Positions 19,926-28,007 of a stretch of DNA of 64,000 nucleotides are shown in pieces. The notes below the pieces were generated by a model that was not told the origin of the DNA, did no database searches, and saw nothing but the letters and a program-made list of their open reading frames with translations. Each line of letters opens with the position of its first letter. Position 1 is the first letter of the stretch. Source of the stretch: an uncultured Brevinematales bacterium (GTDB lineage: Bacteria; Spirochaetota; Brevinematia; Brevinematales; CAYRWR01). The position numbers and the translations under genes are program-made. The DNA lies in NCBI GenBank assembly GCA_964428015.1, contig CAYRWR010000019.1, forward strand, positions 503-64,502. Reading direction: 5' to 3'.

Positions 19926-22748
19926 ATGAGAAAATTATTGTTAGCTCTGCTTCTTATGGCTTCAGCCTCCTCGGCTTTTGCTGTCAGGACAGTGGTGTTC
20001 ATGTACAAACAGACTGTGACCGGTCAGGACATCTTTATTAAGGGTGGACATGACGCGGGTCTGGTTCCCAGTGTCTATCCCAGTATGAGTGAACCTATCA
20101 CTTATTTTAATACCCTCAATACTACTACCGCGGCTATCAAAGCCAATGACGCATCTCTGGATTGGGGTAGTGAATCCGCCCTGGACTGGACCACCTCCCT
20201 GTGGCCCGCTGCCTGGGGTCCCAAGAAAACTTACGCCGTAGATGGATACGGTGAAGATCCCGAAAACACCATGGGCGACCACTGGTGGAAATTTGACGTG
20301 GATATGATCGGTAACTCCGGGGACTGGTTCGAATTTAAAGCCTTTATGAGACAAGGTACTGCTGAATCCTGGGAAAACAATATCGCCCAGGCCGGTACTC
20401 CTTATGCCACCATCAACCACTGGGGTAAAAAAGGCTATATCACCAAAGTGACATTTGGTGCCAATACGGTGACTTTTGTTCCTCTGAACACACCGGTCAA
20501 TCAGCCTCCCGTGGCTGCTCTGACTGCTTCTCCTGCCTCTGGTACCGTAGCTACTTCTTTTACCTTTAATGCTTCAGGTTCAACCGATCCTGAAGGTACC
20601 GCTCTGCAGTACCAGTTTGACTGGGAAAATGACGGTACCTATGATACAGCATATAGCACCACTGCTACTGCTACACACGTATTTACCACCATAGGCACCA
20701 AGACTGTAAAAGTTCAGGTCAAAGACGGCGGCGGACTTACCGCTACCAAGACTGTCAGCGTCACCATCAATAACACCGCTCCGACTGCTTCCTTTACTGT
20801 TACTCCCGCCAGCGGCACATTAGCTACTACTTTTACCGTTGACGCTTCCGGCTCTACCGACCTGGAAGACGGCACAGCTCTGCAGTACAGATGGGATTTT
20901 GAAAACGACGGCACCTTTGACACTGCTTATTCCACTACCAAGACTGCTACCAAGAAATATACCACTCTGGGTACCAAGACTATCAAACTGGAAGTCAAAG
21001 ATTCATCCGGTCTGTTGTCTACCATTACCAAGACTGTATCTGTAGCAGACGGCGGATTGAACCCTCACCCGGGATACTATTCCGGCAAGCCCGGTGCCCA
21101 CCTCTACTCCAACGGTACTGAATTCTCCATCTGGGCCCGTACCGCTACCTCTGTAAAAGTCCGCACCACCACCGGCGGTGTGACTACAGATACCACTCTG
21201 ACCAAGATCTCCGGCGGCGTCAATGACTGCATCTGGTGGGGCGTGGTTCCTACTGCGATTAAGGGTACTGAATACAAATTCGTGATCGACGGTGTTACCC
21301 TTACTGCTGACCCCTACAGCCAGTACAACCGTTATTCCGGCGGCAACTCTGTAGTAGTTGATCATTCAACCTTTAACTGGACTGATAGTTCCTGGGGTCG
21401 TCCCGGTTGGTCATACTATGCTATTTATGAACTGCATATCAAGGACCTGACCTCAGCTGATACCACCGTGACTGTAGCTAACCGTGGAAAATACCGCGGT
21501 GTGATCGAAAAAATGCCTTACCTCAAGAGCCTGGGTATCACCGCTATCGAACTGATGCCTGTGTCTGAATTCCCCGATGCCGGCTATGGCTGGGGTTATA
21601 ATACCTCTCTGTATTTCGCTCCTGAAAGCGGCTACGCCAATAATCCTTACAATGCTCAGGACGGTGTAGATCAGCTTAAAGAACTGATCAATGCTGCTCA
21701 TGCCAACGGTATCGCCGTAGTTCTGGACATGGTATTCAACCATACTGCTAACAATGACAACTGGCTGTGGGTGATCGACAGTCTGGCATACTTCAGCGGA
21801 TCCACTCCCTGGGGTAACCGCCTCAATACTGCTCATCCTATAGTACAAAGATTAGGTAAAGATAATCTGGAAATGTGGATGAAAGACTACCATGTAGACG
21901 GATTCCGTTTTGACGCTACCGGTAACGGCTGGATCGATTACAACTTTATCTATGCTGTAAAGAACCATTGTTCTGCCATTGACCCCAACGTCTATTTTGT
22001 TTACGAAAACCTGCCCAACAGTACCGGTCTGCGCACCTGGGGTGGACAGTGGGCTGACGGTTACCATGACTATGGTATCAACCTGATCTGTAACTGGAAC
22101 GGTGCTAACATGAGCGGAATGGCCAAGTACATCTATTACTCCAAAGATGACGGCTGGCCTGCCAGCCCCGTGGAAGCTCTGAACTATGTAGAGTCCCATG
22201 ACGAAGACACTCTGGGCAGACTGCTGGGTCTGGCTGGTTATAACGATGAAGGCAAGAGATGGAGAGGCCGTGCTGCAGCTGTGATGCTGGCTACTTCTCT
22301 GGGTGTGCCTATGTTGTGGATGGGTCAGGAATTCCTCCGTCCCCGCGAAGGTCAGGATATCTCTGAGATACCTCTGAACTGGACTTACCTCACTACCTTC
22401 TCCACAGTGAAGGATTACTATGCCGGAGTATTCACACTCAGAAAGAACAATCCTGCTCTGCGCCCTGCTAATGAAAGCGGATTCGCATGGCAGTATACTC
22501 CCTGGACTGGTGACGCCAATGTAATGGGTTATTCCATGACCACCACCAATCCTGCGGACAAGAAATTCGTGATCCTGCTGAATTTCAACTCTTCCGCCCG
22601 CACCGTCAGTCTGGGATTCCCAGCTAACGGTACCTGGACCAAAGTGGTCACAGAGACCGCAGTGAACGGCACATCTACTATTAGTGTGGCTAATAACCGC
22701 GCTACTGTCACCATCGAAGGTTCTTCTGGAATCATCTTCCAGCAGTAA
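19926..22748 (+). CDS. secreted GH13 debranching/pullulanase-type enzyme (module X, 2 PKD, CBM48-like, GH13)
   Basis: E-set/CBM48-like segment GAHLYSNGTEFSIWARTATSVKV. GH13 regions DMVFNHTA, VDGFRFDATG, VYENL and YVESHDE. Exact specificity cannot be assigned. Confidence 0.88.
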   Translation: MRKLLLALLLMASASSAFAVRTVVFMYKQTVTGQDIFIKGGHDAGLVPSVYPSMSEPITYFNTLNTTTAAIKANDASLDWGSESALDWTTSLWPAAWGPKKTYAVDGYGEDPENTMGDHWWKFDVDMIGNSGDWFEFKAFMRQGTAESWENNIAQAGTPYATINHWGKKGYITKVTFGANTVTFVPLNTPVNQPPVAALTASPASGTVATSFTFNASGSTDPEGTALQYQFDWENDGTYDTAYSTTATATHVFTTIGTKTVKVQVKDGGGLTATKTVSVTINNTAPTASFTVTPASGTLATTFTVDASGSTDLEDGTALQYRWDFENDGTFDTAYSTTKTATKKYTTLGTKTIKLEVKDSSGLLSTITKTVSVADGGLNPHPGYYSGKPGAHLYSNGTEFSIWARTATSVKVRTTTGGVTTDTTLTKISGGVNDCIWWGVVPTAIKGTEYKFVIDGVTLTADPYSQYNRYSGGNSVVVDHSTFNWTDSSWGRPGWSYYAIYELHIKDLTSADTTVTVANRGKYRGVIEKMPYLKSLGITAIELMPVSEFPDAGYGWGYNTSLYFAPESGYANNPYNAQDGVDQLKELINAAHANGIAVVLDMVFNHTANNDNWLWVIDSLAYFSGSTPWGNRLNTAHPIVQRLGKDNLEMWMKDYHVDGFRFDATGNGWIDYNFIYAVKNHCSAIDPNVYFVYENLPNSTGLRTWGGQWADGYHDYGINLICNWNGANMSGMAKYIYYSKDDGWPASPVEALNYVESHDEDTLGRLLGLAGYNDEGKRWRGRAAAVMLATSLGVPMLWMGQEFLRPREGQDISEIPLNWTYLTTFSTVKDYYAGVFTLRKNNPALRPANESGFAWQYTPWTGDANVMGYSMTTTNPADKKFVILLNFNSSARTVSLGFPANGTWTKVVTETAVNGTSTISVANNRATVTIEGSSGIIFQQ
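19983..20486 (+). other. module X, N-terminal copy in the GH13 debranching-type enzyme
   Basis: Same conserved sequence as the other copies. Boundaries approximate. Confidence 0.7.
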
Positions 22749-22766
22749 ACTGTTAAGCACTCATCA

Positions 22767-22798
22767 GGGGCTGTCGAAAGGCAGCCCCTTTTTTTTTT
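22767..22798 (+). terminator. rho-independent terminator
   Basis: The hairpin GGGGCTG-loop-CAGCCCC is followed by T10. Confidence 0.85.
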
Positions 22799-23098
22799 GT
22801 CCGGTATATTCCCGGTCATTGTACAGGGGAGGGGAGAGCGTGGATCACAGCTGTGCTTTCAGGCTGCTGGGTAGGGGTTGTGAACCTGCTGAGGAGATAT
22901 TTTTCTCCTTCGTTTTTTAGGAAATTGCCCTGTATTCTCTGATCTGCTTTCTTTAGACTGGTAAAGCTCCGCTAGAGCCGCACTGCTTTCCCGCATTTGA
23001 GGCGTCATGCATCCGTTTATGCACAAAATTCTACTGCCCCCTCTTTTTAGAATTTATAATTCATTGCTATTAAAAGAGTTATAATATAGCTTATCAAC

Positions 23099-23114
23099 TG
23101 GCATGCTAATTGCA
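23099..23114 (+). promoter_or_regulatory. sigma-54 promoter P4 (TGGCATgctaaTTGCA)
   Basis: One mismatch to TGGCAC-N5-TTGCA, with GG and GC retained. It lies 53 nt upstream of ATG 23167. Confidence 0.7.
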
Positions 23115-23121
23115 ATTATAC

Positions 23122-23135
23122 TGTAAGTGCTTTCA
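23122..23135. promoter_or_regulatory. 14-bp near-palindrome TGTAAGTGCTTTCA (operator candidate)
   Basis: It lies 7 nt after TTGCA. One arm mismatch relative to the P2 and P3 copies. Confidence 0.5.
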
Positions 23136-23166
23136 ATAAAGAAAACATTTTAGAAAGGAGAGGGTT

Positions 23167-24957
23167 ATGATGAAAAATGTGGTAAGAGGCTTGTCCGTGT
23201 TTTTATGGCTGGTCCTGTCTGTCGCTGTCTATGCCGGGGAGCTGGATGGCAGTAGTCAGGCCGTGATGTTACAGGGTTTCCATTGGACCTCCTGGCAGTC
23301 CGGCACCTGGTGGAATACCATTGCCAACAATGCCCAGGATATCAAGGATACCGGTTTTACTATGGTGTGGTTCCCACCTGCCAGTGATGCCGGCAGTGAC
23401 CAGGGTTATCTGCCCCGTAAGCTGGAAGTACTCACTTCCAAATACGGTAATCAGTCTCAGTTGCAGACAGCGATTTCCCAATTGAACAGTAAGGGTGTGA
23501 TGTCCATAGCGGATATCGTAATAAACCACCGTGTGGGTACAGCCAACTGGGCTGATTTTACCCAGCCTACCTGGGGCTCGGACTCAGTATGTAGCGGAGA
23601 CGAATGGCCGGGTGCCACCGGTGCTCCCGATACCGGAGATCCTTACGCCGCTGCTCGTGACATTGACCACACCAAAGCTTATGTCCAGACCTCTATCATC
23701 GGATGGATGAACTGGCTCAAGAACACCATCGGATTCAAAGGCTGGAGATATGACTATGTCAAAGGTTATTCCGGTTATTACAATGGAATATATAACAATG
23801 CTACCGCTCCTCTTATGAGTGTGGGTGAATACTGGCCCGATATTACCGGTGATTATTATGCCTCCGGCGCCAGTGTGAATTATCACAAGCAGAAACTGGT
23901 AGATTGGATCAATGCTACCGGCGGCAAATCCGCGGTATTTGACTTTACCACCAAGTGGCAGCTGCAGCTGGCAGTAGAACGCAGTGAATACTGGCGACTG
24001 TCTGATGCCGGAAAACCTATCGGCGGTATCGGCTGGTGGCCGGCCAAGATGGTGACCTTTGTGGATAATCATGACACCGGTCCTTCTCCCAGTATCAGTC
24101 AGAATCACTGGCCTTTCCCGTCCAGCGGAGTAATGCAGGGTTATGCCTACATCCTGACACACCCGGGTATCCCCAGTGTCTACTGGGTGCATGTTTATGA
24201 CTGGGGTATGAAAGCAGAAATCAAGACATTGCTGGCCATTCGTAAGGCTCAGGGTATTACTTCTACTTCTACTGTAGTTATTAATGCTGCAGACAGCAGT
24301 AAGTATGCTGCTACTATCGATGGAAAAGTCGCTGTAAAGATAGGCCCGGGATCCTGGAGCCCCGGCACAGGCTGGACACAGGCTGCTTCCGGTGTTAATT
24401 ACGCGGTATGGACCAAGAGTACTACTCCTCCACCGCCTCCTTCCGGTACAGTACGGACCGTAGTATTTATGTATAAAGAAACCGTAACCGGGCAGGATAT
24501 TTTTATCAAAGGCGGACATGATGCCGGTCTGGTGCCTTCCGTTTACCCCACAATGAATGAACCTATTACTTATCTTAATACCAAAAATACTACCACCGCG
24601 GCTATAAAAGCCAATGATGTCAGTCTGGATTGGGGTAGTGAATCCGCTCTGGACTGGACTTGTAATATCTGGCCATCCTCCTGGGGGACCAAACGGACCT
24701 ATGCGGTAGATGGATATGGAGAAGACCCTGAAAATAAGTGGGGTACCCACTGGTGGAAGTTTGATGTCAATATGACCGGAGTCAAGGGTGACTGGTTTGA
24801 ATTCAAAGCCTTCCTGAGACAGGGGACTTCTGAAAACTGGGAGTCCAATATCGCCCAGGCTGGAACACCTCAGGCAACTATCAATCACTGGGGCAAGAAG
24901 GGTTATATTACCCGGGTAATTTTTGCCAATAACTGGGTGGAATTTACCAGTCTCTGA
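23167..24957 (+). CDS. secreted plant/archaeal-type GH13 alpha-amylase with C-terminal module X
   Basis: VMLQGFHW, DIVINHR, GWRYDYVKGY, VGEYW and FVDNHDTG. A Pro-rich linker TTPPPPPSG precedes module X. ATG 23170 is an alternative start. Confidence 0.92.
   Translation: MMKNVVRGLSVFLWLVLSVAVYAGELDGSSQAVMLQGFHWTSWQSGTWWNTIANNAQDIKDTGFTMVWFPPASDAGSDQGYLPRKLEVLTSKYGNQSQLQTAISQLNSKGVMSIADIVINHRVGTANWADFTQPTWGSDSVCSGDEWPGATGAPDTGDPYAAARDIDHTKAYVQTSIIGWMNWLKNTIGFKGWRYDYVKGYSGYYNGIYNNATAPLMSVGEYWPDITGDYYASGASVNYHKQKLVDWINATGGKSAVFDFTTKWQLQLAVERSEYWRLSDAGKPIGGIGWWPAKMVTFVDNHDTGPSPSISQNHWPFPSSGVMQGYAYILTHPGIPSVYWVHVYDWGMKAEIKTLLAIRKAQGITSTSTVVINAADSSKYAATIDGKVAVKIGPGSWSPGTGWTQAASGVNYAVWTKSTTPPPPPSGTVRTVVFMYKETVTGQDIFIKGGHDAGLVPSVYPTMNEPITYLNTKNTTTAAIKANDVSLDWGSESALDWTCNIWPSSWGTKRTYAVDGYGEDPENKWGTHWWKFDVNMTGVKGDWFEFKAFLRQGTSENWESNIAQAGTPQATINHWGKKGYITRVIFANNWVEFTSL
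24451..24954 (+). other. module X, C-terminal copy
   Basis: VRTVVFMYKETVTGQDIFIKGGHDAGLVP...HWWKFDVNM...DWFEFKAF...INHWGKKGYITRV. Confidence 0.7.
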
Positions 24958-24981
24958 TAGTCTATTATACTTAGATTCAAA

Positions 24982-25014
24982 AGAGGGTTACCTTAGGGTA
25001 ACCCTCTTTCTTTT
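24982..25014 (+). terminator. rho-independent terminator
   Basis: The hairpin AGAGGGTTAC-loop-GTAACCCTCT is followed by a T-rich tract. Confidence 0.75.
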
Positions 25015-25126
25015 GTAGGATTATAAATGCACCATGCACTTTGTACCTGCACAAAAACGCACATAGCTATAACCTCTTAAATTTTAACTTTATAAATAGT
25101 AAAGAGTTAACATTTTAGATTTTTTT

Positions 25127-25142
25127 TGGCACAGTATTTGCA
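25127..25142 (+). promoter_or_regulatory. sigma-54 promoter P5 (TGGCACagtatTTGCA)
   Basis: Exact RpoN consensus, 63 nt upstream of ATG 25205. Confidence 0.8.
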
Positions 25143-25149
25143 ATAAACA

Positions 25150-25163
25150 TGTAAGAGCTTACA
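25150..25163. promoter_or_regulatory. 14-bp palindrome TGTAAGAGCTTACA (operator candidate)
   Basis: It lies 7 nt after TTGCA. The arms are identical to the P2 and P3 copies; only the central dinucleotide differs. Confidence 0.55.
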
Positions 25164-25204
25164 GTGAATTTACTGTAAAATCTATAAAAAAAGGAGAGGA
25201 CGAG

Positions 25205-26980
25205 ATGAAAAAATTGTTGCTTGCACTGAGTGTGTTGTTTGTCATGTCATCCATGACAATGGCTGCGGACCATGATGGGAATAGTCCGGCAGTTTTATTA
25301 CAGGGTTTCCACTGGTTATCCTCCGGTACATATCCCTGGTGGAATGTAATCGCGGGTCAGGCCCAGGATATCAAGGATTCCGGTTTTACTTCTGTATGGT
25401 TTCCACCTTCCAGCGATGCCGGCAGTACTGAAGGTTATCTGCCCCGTCAGCTCTATATACAGAATTCCGCTTATGGTACCCAGAGTCAGCTGCAAAATGC
25501 TATAGCTCAATTGAACAGCCGCGGCGTTAATGCCATCGCGGATATAGTCATCAACCATCGTGTAGGTACAACCGGATGGGGTGATTTCACCAATCCTACC
25601 TGGGGCAGCGATTCAGTCACACTGGATGATGAATGGACTGGATCTACCGGCGCTTATGATACCGGCGCTCCATATGCCGCTGCGCGTGACATTGACCATA
25701 CCAAGGCCTATGTACAGAGTTCTATCATCGATTGGATGAACTGGCTTAAGAATACTATTGGTTACAAAGGCTGGAGATATGACTATACCAAAGGATATTC
25801 CGGATATTATAATGGAATATATAATGATGCCACTGCCCCTACACTCAGCGTGGGAGAATATTGGCCGGATATTACCGGAGACTATTATGCTTCCGGTGCC
25901 GGTGTAAACTACCATAAACAGAAACTAGTGGATTGGGTAAATGCTGCCGGCGGAAAATCAGCTACTTTTGACTTTACCACTAAATGGCAGCTGCAGCTGG
26001 CAGTAGAACGCAGTGAATATTGGCGCCTCAATAACAGCGGAGCTCCTATCGGAGGAATCGGATGGTGGCCTGCCAAGATGGTGACCTTTATAGACAATCA
26101 TGATACCGGCCCCTCAACCGGCGGCGGACAGAATCACTGGCCCTTCCCAAGCAGTGGAGTGATGCAGGGTTATGCTTATATCCTGACACACCCGGGGATA
26201 CCCTCAGTGTATTGGGTACACTATTATGACTGGGGTCTGCATGATGCCATAAAGACTCTCATAGGTATACGTAAAGCCCAGGGAATTACTTCTACCTCTA
26301 CAGTGGTGATCAATGCCGCTGACAGCAGCAAGTATGCTGCTACCATCGACGGCAAAGTAGCGGTAAAAATTGGTAGCGGTTCCTGGGATCCGGGTACGGG
26401 CTGGACCATGGCTGCCTCCGGTAACAACTACGCGGTATGGACCAAGAGCTCTACTCCTCCTCCTTCCGGCAGTGTCCGTACTGTAGTATTTATGTACAAA
26501 CAGACTGTGACTGGTCAGGACATTTTCATCAAGGGTGGACATGATGCCGGGCTGGTACCATCTGTATATCCCAGCATGGCTGAACCTATCACCTATCTCA
26601 ATACCAAGAATACTACTACAGCAGCTATCAAGGCTAACGATAATAGTCTGGACTGGTATACTGAATCCGCTCTGGACTGGACCACCGATATCTGGCCCTC
26701 CAGCTGGGGTACCAAGAGGACCTATGCTGTAGACGGTTATGGTGAAGACCCTGAAAATAAATGGGGACAGCATTGGTGGAAATTTGATGTCAATATGTCA
26801 GGCGCTAAAGGGGACTGGTTTGAATTCAAAGCCTTTATGAGACAGAATGGCACTGAAACCTGGGAAACAGATATCAATCAGTCCGGTACTCCTCAGACCA
26901 CTATCAATCACTGGGGTAAAAAAGGCTATATCACCCGTGTAATCTTTGCTAATAGCTGGGTGGAATTTACAGCACTATAA
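25205..26980 (+). CDS. secreted plant/archaeal-type GH13 alpha-amylase with C-terminal module X (paralog of 23167-24957)
   Basis: VLLQGFHW, DIVINHR, GWRYDYTKGY, VGEYW and FIDNHDTG. A linker STPPPSG precedes module X. Confidence 0.92.
   Translation: MKKLLLALSVLFVMSSMTMAADHDGNSPAVLLQGFHWLSSGTYPWWNVIAGQAQDIKDSGFTSVWFPPSSDAGSTEGYLPRQLYIQNSAYGTQSQLQNAIAQLNSRGVNAIADIVINHRVGTTGWGDFTNPTWGSDSVTLDDEWTGSTGAYDTGAPYAAARDIDHTKAYVQSSIIDWMNWLKNTIGYKGWRYDYTKGYSGYYNGIYNDATAPTLSVGEYWPDITGDYYASGAGVNYHKQKLVDWVNAAGGKSATFDFTTKWQLQLAVERSEYWRLNNSGAPIGGIGWWPAKMVTFIDNHDTGPSTGGGQNHWPFPSSGVMQGYAYILTHPGIPSVYWVHYYDWGLHDAIKTLIGIRKAQGITSTSTVVINAADSSKYAATIDGKVAVKIGSGSWDPGTGWTMAASGNNYAVWTKSSTPPPSGSVRTVVFMYKQTVTGQDIFIKGGHDAGLVPSVYPSMAEPITYLNTKNTTTAAIKANDNSLDWYTESALDWTTDIWPSSWGTKRTYAVDGYGEDPENKWGQHWWKFDVNMSGAKGDWFEFKAFMRQNGTETWETDINQSGTPQTTINHWGKKGYITRVIFANSWVEFTAL
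26474..26977 (+). other. module X, C-terminal copy
   Basis: Same conserved sequence as 24451-24954. Confidence 0.7.
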
Positions 26981-26996
26981 TCTAAAAAGAATTTGC

Positions 26997-27032
26997 AAAA
27001 GGCCGTCTCCGGGCAGAGACGGCCTTTTTTTT
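26997..27032 (+). terminator. rho-independent terminator
   Basis: The hairpin GGCCGTCTC-loop-GAGACGGCC is followed by T8. Confidence 0.85.
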
Positions 27033-27084
27033 AACTTGCCAATACAACTGGTATAAGTTAATATATGACTCTCAGGAGGAATCT

Positions 27085-27948
27085 ATGAAGAAAATTGTGG
27101 TCTTATTTATTATTTTAGCAAGTTTGGCATCCTGTGCCGGTTTGAAAATAAACAGTCCTGTACAATTAGGCAGACTTAGTGATGGGACTCTGGTAGTTTT
27201 TCAGGATAAAAAATTGTACACCATTAGTCCTGACAGGGGATTGTCTACTCAGGATCTGGACTGTGATGACTTTGTGCTGGATGGTGATAGAATGGCCATG
27301 ATCCGAAAGGGTCAGGCTATAGAAATCCGGTACACAAATCATTCTGTACTTACACAACCTTTTGCCAAAGGATTTAGTATAGACAAAGGTAAGAATACCT
27401 GGCTGGTTCAGGATAAGAAATATCTCAATGTCTATTCCAATGATTACCAGGTCAATTTCTATAGCCTGGAAGAACCTTTCAAAAAAGGCAGTATCTGGAA
27501 CAACCGGTTCCTGATATCTCAAAAAGATGACTCTCTTAAAATCTGGGATCTCAGACAGGATGGATCTGTTACCCTAAAACAGGTAATTACCAATGTACAG
27601 GATTTTGTCCTGCATGATGAGCAGCCCCTGGTGTTCCTGATTCAGCATTCCAATCAGATTCTATCCTATATGATCTATGCCAATCAGCTCACCACCCTGG
27701 ATACCCTGCCTTTTCCGGTGGATACCATGGACTACGCACCACAGGCCAGGACACTGATTGTCAGAAATAAGGGTGTCACTTTACTATATCATCAGGATAA
27801 CGGCAGTATCGAGATGCTTCAATTTCCTCTGCAGGACATCAGTTATGATGTCAGCCGTAATGAAATATTGTTACTATCCAATCAGACACTTCAGATTCTG
27901 AATATGGAAAGTAAGGAAAAACTGCAGAGTTACAAATTGAACCAATAA
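27085..27948 (+). CDS. hypothetical lipoprotein
   Basis: An AGGAGG RBS precedes the start and the lipobox is LASC. Beta-rich repetitive sequence. No family recognised. Confidence 0.6.
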   Translation: MKKIVVLFIILASLASCAGLKINSPVQLGRLSDGTLVVFQDKKLYTISPDRGLSTQDLDCDDFVLDGDRMAMIRKGQAIEIRYTNHSVLTQPFAKGFSIDKGKNTWLVQDKKYLNVYSNDYQVNFYSLEEPFKKGSIWNNRFLISQKDDSLKIWDLRQDGSVTLKQVITNVQDFVLHDEQPLVFLIQHSNQILSYMIYANQLTTLDTLPFPVDTMDYAPQARTLIVRNKGVTLLYHQDNGSIEMLQFPLQDISYDVSRNEILLLSNQTLQILNMESKEKLQSYKLNQ

Positions 27949-28007
27949 TCTGAACATATTTATATATGGGTTAACATTTTTTTTAAAAAAGCTTAATAGG
28001 GAAGAAT

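Noticed and set aside
7217-26980. The amylase island as a mobile genomic island.
   Set aside because: There is no integrase, transposase, flanking tRNA or direct repeats. Paralogy and conversion tracts point to in situ duplication instead.
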